Source: Lytechinus pictus (taxonomy: Eukaryota). Taken from it: a stretch of 64,000 nucleotides of DNA. The position numbers and the translations under genes are program-made. Positions 60,630-64,000 of the stretch are shown one piece after another. Under the pieces are notes generated by a model. It was not told the DNA's origin. It saw only the letters and a list, made by a program, of their open reading frames with translations, and made no database searches. The stretch covers positions 28,460,001 to 28,524,000 of the forward strand of contig NC_087245.1 of the NCBI RefSeq assembly GCF_037042905.1, given 5' to 3'. Each line of letters starts with the position of its first letter. The stretch's first letter is position 1.

Positions 60630-61027
60630 AGAACAGAGGCAGCGTAGCTCAGTCGGTTAGAGCGCATGTTTCGGATAAGATCGTAGATCTCAACGTGAGG
60701 GGTTCAAGTCCCGCTCATGCCGAAATGCGTCTGACAAAAAATCTGATGCTATAGCGTTGTGTGTTAGCGTGCCTCACCACTGTATTCAGTGCAGGTGTGA
60801 ATGCAGTTGGAAAACACTCCGTCCATCGGAAAGGACGCAAATGTTGGTCCCGTGTATAGGAGAGTCACAGCCTATGCACGTTAAAACCAATACACTATTC
60901 GTCAAAGAGTAGGGTGTTCACCCGGTGTATTGCACCTTCCGGTCCCGGCAAAATTCAGGTCAAGTCAATCTTGACGTTCATATGCCATAATCAATATAAG
61001 ATTGTGGGCATTAACGGAAAGACAAGA
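60630..61027 (+). mobile_element. tRNA-derived Deu(Nin)-domain SINE, apparently full length
   Basis: A box TAGCTCAGTCGG, B box GGTTCAAGTCC, Deu-like core 60812-60930, AGAACCC duplicated at 60623-29 and 61028-34. Confidence 0.82.
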
Positions 61028-61405
61028 AGAACCCTTAAACAAGTTATGTCTACTTGCCAACAATAAGCTTAAATAGGCAAAACTAGGGGAAAAATATCCC
61101 ATTCCATTCCTTATTTTTATTTGGCAATAAGTCATGATTGACTATTTTTGCCACACACTGTATGAAAAGTAGGGTAACAATTTTATTAAGTATTATAATT
61201 TGTTATTATTTGTTTTATTTTTTCTTTTATATTCATTCCTTTTTTTCTCTGAAAGAAATTAGAAAAAACAACCAACATTTAAATACATATGAAACAAAAA
61301 ACTGAGGAATAAGATATCAGCAAACAATAGGGGGATTAATACTAAATAGGTTCATTATTGCGGACTGAAATAATCGCTAGAGGGTATTCATTTGTCTCGC
61401 AATCT

Positions 61406-62129
61406 GTTCGACAGAGCAGCACGTATTATAACTCACCCACCTGAACTCCCGAAAGAAAGAGCACACATACGTGGCGCCTTATACAGCAACGGCTACCCAC
61501 GCCGTTTTATCGAGAACACTTTCAAGAAGAAACATCCGCCAAGGGATCAGAAGGTTTTCAAGACTTGCACAGTCTTGCCATACAAAGATGGTCTTTCACC
61601 ACAACTCAAACGCCGATTAGAAGGTCACGGTATCCGAACGGTTTTCCGCTCGGACACCACCCTACACAAACAGCTTGTACACCCCAAAGACCCAATCCCT
61701 GATCAAAGACGTGATGGCGTAGTATACAACATTCCTTGCCAGGGATGTGACGGGTCTTACATCGGTGAAACAGCCCGACCGATAGTTGAACGCATTTCTG
61801 AACACAAGTGCGATGTTCGGTTACAGCAAACCGACACATCCACGGTGGCAGAACATGCTTGGGAGAAGCAACACCACCCAGATTGGGAGGGTGTACATTG
61901 CGTTGCCAAAGAGAGACATTGGTATACACGCAGGATTAAGGAGGCTATTAGTATACGTCTTTGTCCTAACAACTTCAACAGAGACAGCGGGATTGAAATC
62001 CCTGATTTCTGGATGCGAACCTTTCGACAGCACAATACCCCCTTACCTGGCAGTGCACGCCGACCCGATTGTTCCCGGCCCCGAGCGAGGGACCGCTCAG
62101 CTAGTCAACCCCCACCCACGGGAAACTAG
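61406..62129 (+). CDS. Penelope ORF C-terminal fragment (RT thumb/linker plus GIY-YIG endonuclease)
   Basis: LFDRA...NGYP...LPY...GVVYNIPCQGCDGSYIGETAR...RISEH...RRIKEA...NRDSG. Confidence 0.9.
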
Positions 62130-62150
62130 CGAGCCCGCCAATTTTGTCTT

Positions 62151-62266
62151 ATTTGCATATTGCTGACTCGTGGCGTATTTGCATATACCTCAGGCTTATT
62201 TGCATATACGAATCACCGGCCGCACCGTACATCGACGCACTGATTGGTGAAACGCCTGACCAATCA
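62151..62266. promoter_or_regulatory. cluster of three octamer motifs and inverted CCAAT boxes in the Penelope pLTR
   Basis: ATTTGCAT at 62151, 62177, 62198; TGATTGGT 62241 and ACCAATCA 62259. Confidence 0.55.
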
Positions 62267-62358
62267 CACAACGGATCAGTGCCCACCTATTGTTCCCACG
62301 TTCGTGTGTACGGTCCTGGGGATTGGTATGAATAGACTACGTTATCAGATAATTTTCG

Positions 62359-62399
62359 TCACTTGATAAAGAGTTGCAGCGGCACTCGAAAGCTCGTGA
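62359..62399 (+). ncRNA. minimal type I hammerhead ribozyme, U3-A8 core variant
   Basis: Stem I UCAC/GUGA; core UUGAUAA plus extra A; stem II GAGU(U)GC-AGCG-GCACUC; GAAA; palindromic AGCU stem III; predicted cleavage after C62395. Confidence 0.75.
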
Positions 62400-64000
62400 A
62401 CTTGTAAGCTAGTGAACACTTTTTGTGAGAGTGATCACGAATTTCCTTTTTGACCATAGTAGATTGCGAGACAAATGAATACCCTCTAGCGATTAATAGG
62501 GGGATTACTCCCCAGAAACGATAAGGTTGTTGATCAAAGATCTATAAGATATATAAAAGAAAAACATTCTAACAAAAGGGGATAACGTTTTAATAATTTT
62601 TTCGGTTCTTTGAATTATCAGTGTACCAAGCACCATTTGTGATAAATTCAGCATTTTTTTTATAGATTAGTTTACAATTCCAATAATCTCAGTGGCCTAA
62701 GATATATTTTCTGGGGTTATATTGACCCATTAAGTAAAGACAGAGAGAGAGGACTTATGTGATCAAGAAGTGATAAGATAGAAAAAAAACCTAAACATGT
62801 TTGGCTCAATAGTCTTAAAAATAGCTTTGGAAAAAAATAAAATATGTTTGACCCCGCAATTGACCATTGACCAGTCTTTCAAAACCACCCCTTTTTTTTT
62901 TGAAAATCAGTGTTTTTGATACCCTAAACGAGTGCATGCGCGGCCCGCATCCAAAACTGAAAAAAACACCCCTTTAAACGCATTTTTCGGTCATGCATGT
63001 CAGGGACTCGGTTTTATAATTATAAGGGGAGCAATAAAAAGCTCTCCTAGAACTTTTAAGGAGAGCGGTAGAGGAGCACTTCAAAAAGCTCTTCTTCAAC
63101 ATACAAGGGGAGCTTTTTGCCCAATTAACAAAATGGATGGAGGAAATGTACTATAAAATTACAATCAACAACCAAAGGAAGTATTTATAATTGTTTTACA
63201 ATGTATTGTAATTAGATTGTGTGTTGTAAAACCTGTTTTAGTTAGGTTTTGACTTTGGCTAAAAGTTAAGTCACTGACAATTTTTTTTTTTTTCGGGGGC
63301 TCCATTTTAATTTTTTTGTCAAATTTCGGGGGCTCTTTTTAAATGCTACTTTTTTGTATTTTGAGGAATACCTGTTCACTTATTAAGGAATTATTACTTT
63401 TTGTTTAATATTGTATGATTTTTAAAGTTATTTATCATGTTTAGAATCTTGGATGTGGGTGTGTGTGGATGGGTGGGTGTGTGTGGGTGTGTGCGTGTGT
63501 GTGTGACTGTGAGTTGGACTTGGATATAAATGAATTCAATATCTAATTTCCACTCCATTTATTCCAATACAATACCCTAGTCAGCCATGTACATGTAATA
63601 AAGGCCCACTTACCCTAACTTTTCCTGAAGTTCTTTGAAAACGCAGATCTCCATGAAAATTTAATTTCTCTATGGGGGAGTCTAAATTTGGTGAGAATGT
63701 ATTCATTAAGAACTTAAATATACATGACAATGAAGAAATCATCAAACTTTATTGGCAGTTTTGAATAATATTCCTGAAATGTAAACTCTGTCTGAAACAG
63801 AAAATCACCATCATTGAGGCCTTTACTGAGCGAATTGTCCCCCAGAGCTCTGGCAGAGAGACAGAGCTCCAACTGGCTAGCTAGAAAAGCGCCAATGCGT
63901 GAGCCTGCCGCCGTCCTTGTAAAAAAAGATGGAGCTTTGTTTGATGATTTATTGTCTGATATAATACCTCATCCCCTAGAAAAAGAAAACAAATTATTTT

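Larger units (their letters stand above)
61339..62494 (+). mobile_element. 5'-truncated Penelope-like element with inverted terminal segment
   Basis: GIY-YIG ORF; TSD AATAGGGGGATTA (61326-38, 62495-507); 61372-61405 is the exact reverse complement of 62461-62494. Confidence 0.92.

Noticed and set aside
60638..60722. tRNA gene
   Set aside because: A/B boxes present, but the acceptor stem is incomplete, the anticodon arm is abnormal, and a SINE body with TSD follows
61372..62494. TIR DNA transposon with 34-bp TIRs
   Set aside because: Content is Penelope RT/GIY-YIG and the left repeat is 33 bp inside the TSD; better explained as a retroelement inversion
63600..64000. Second exon of the putative 59647 gene
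   Set aside because: No convincing open exon; looks more like the start of another repeat cut by the window edge

Overview
AT-rich eukaryotic genomic DNA. The repeat families (Deu-domain SINEs, Helentron-associated HINE, Kolobok/piggyBac/pogo/Harbinger/MULE-type MITEs, Academ-like relic) suggest a marine deuterostome such as a sea urchin; this is inference. Positions 248-40990 carry 18 minus-strand coding exons of a DENND3-like Rab GEF, traced by hand with consistent splice phases (3234 nt, 1078 codons); the gene continues beyond the left edge. Its introns hold transposon relics, a 105-bp satellite, an ~825-bp (CAT/CAC)n tract and two decayed partial exon duplications. The right part is a nest of transposons. 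It includes an intact Ty3/Gypsy element (44713-54937; 1722-bp LTRs, TGAG TSD, -1 frameshift signal, an unusual 63-bp repeat inside each LTR) within a MULE-like element, and a 5'-truncated RNase H LINE with TSD just upstream of a probable first exon at 59647. It also holds a Deu-SINE and a Penelope-like element with a 13-bp TSD, an inverted copy of its own 3' end and a minimal variant hammerhead ribozyme. All calls were made by eye without database searches.
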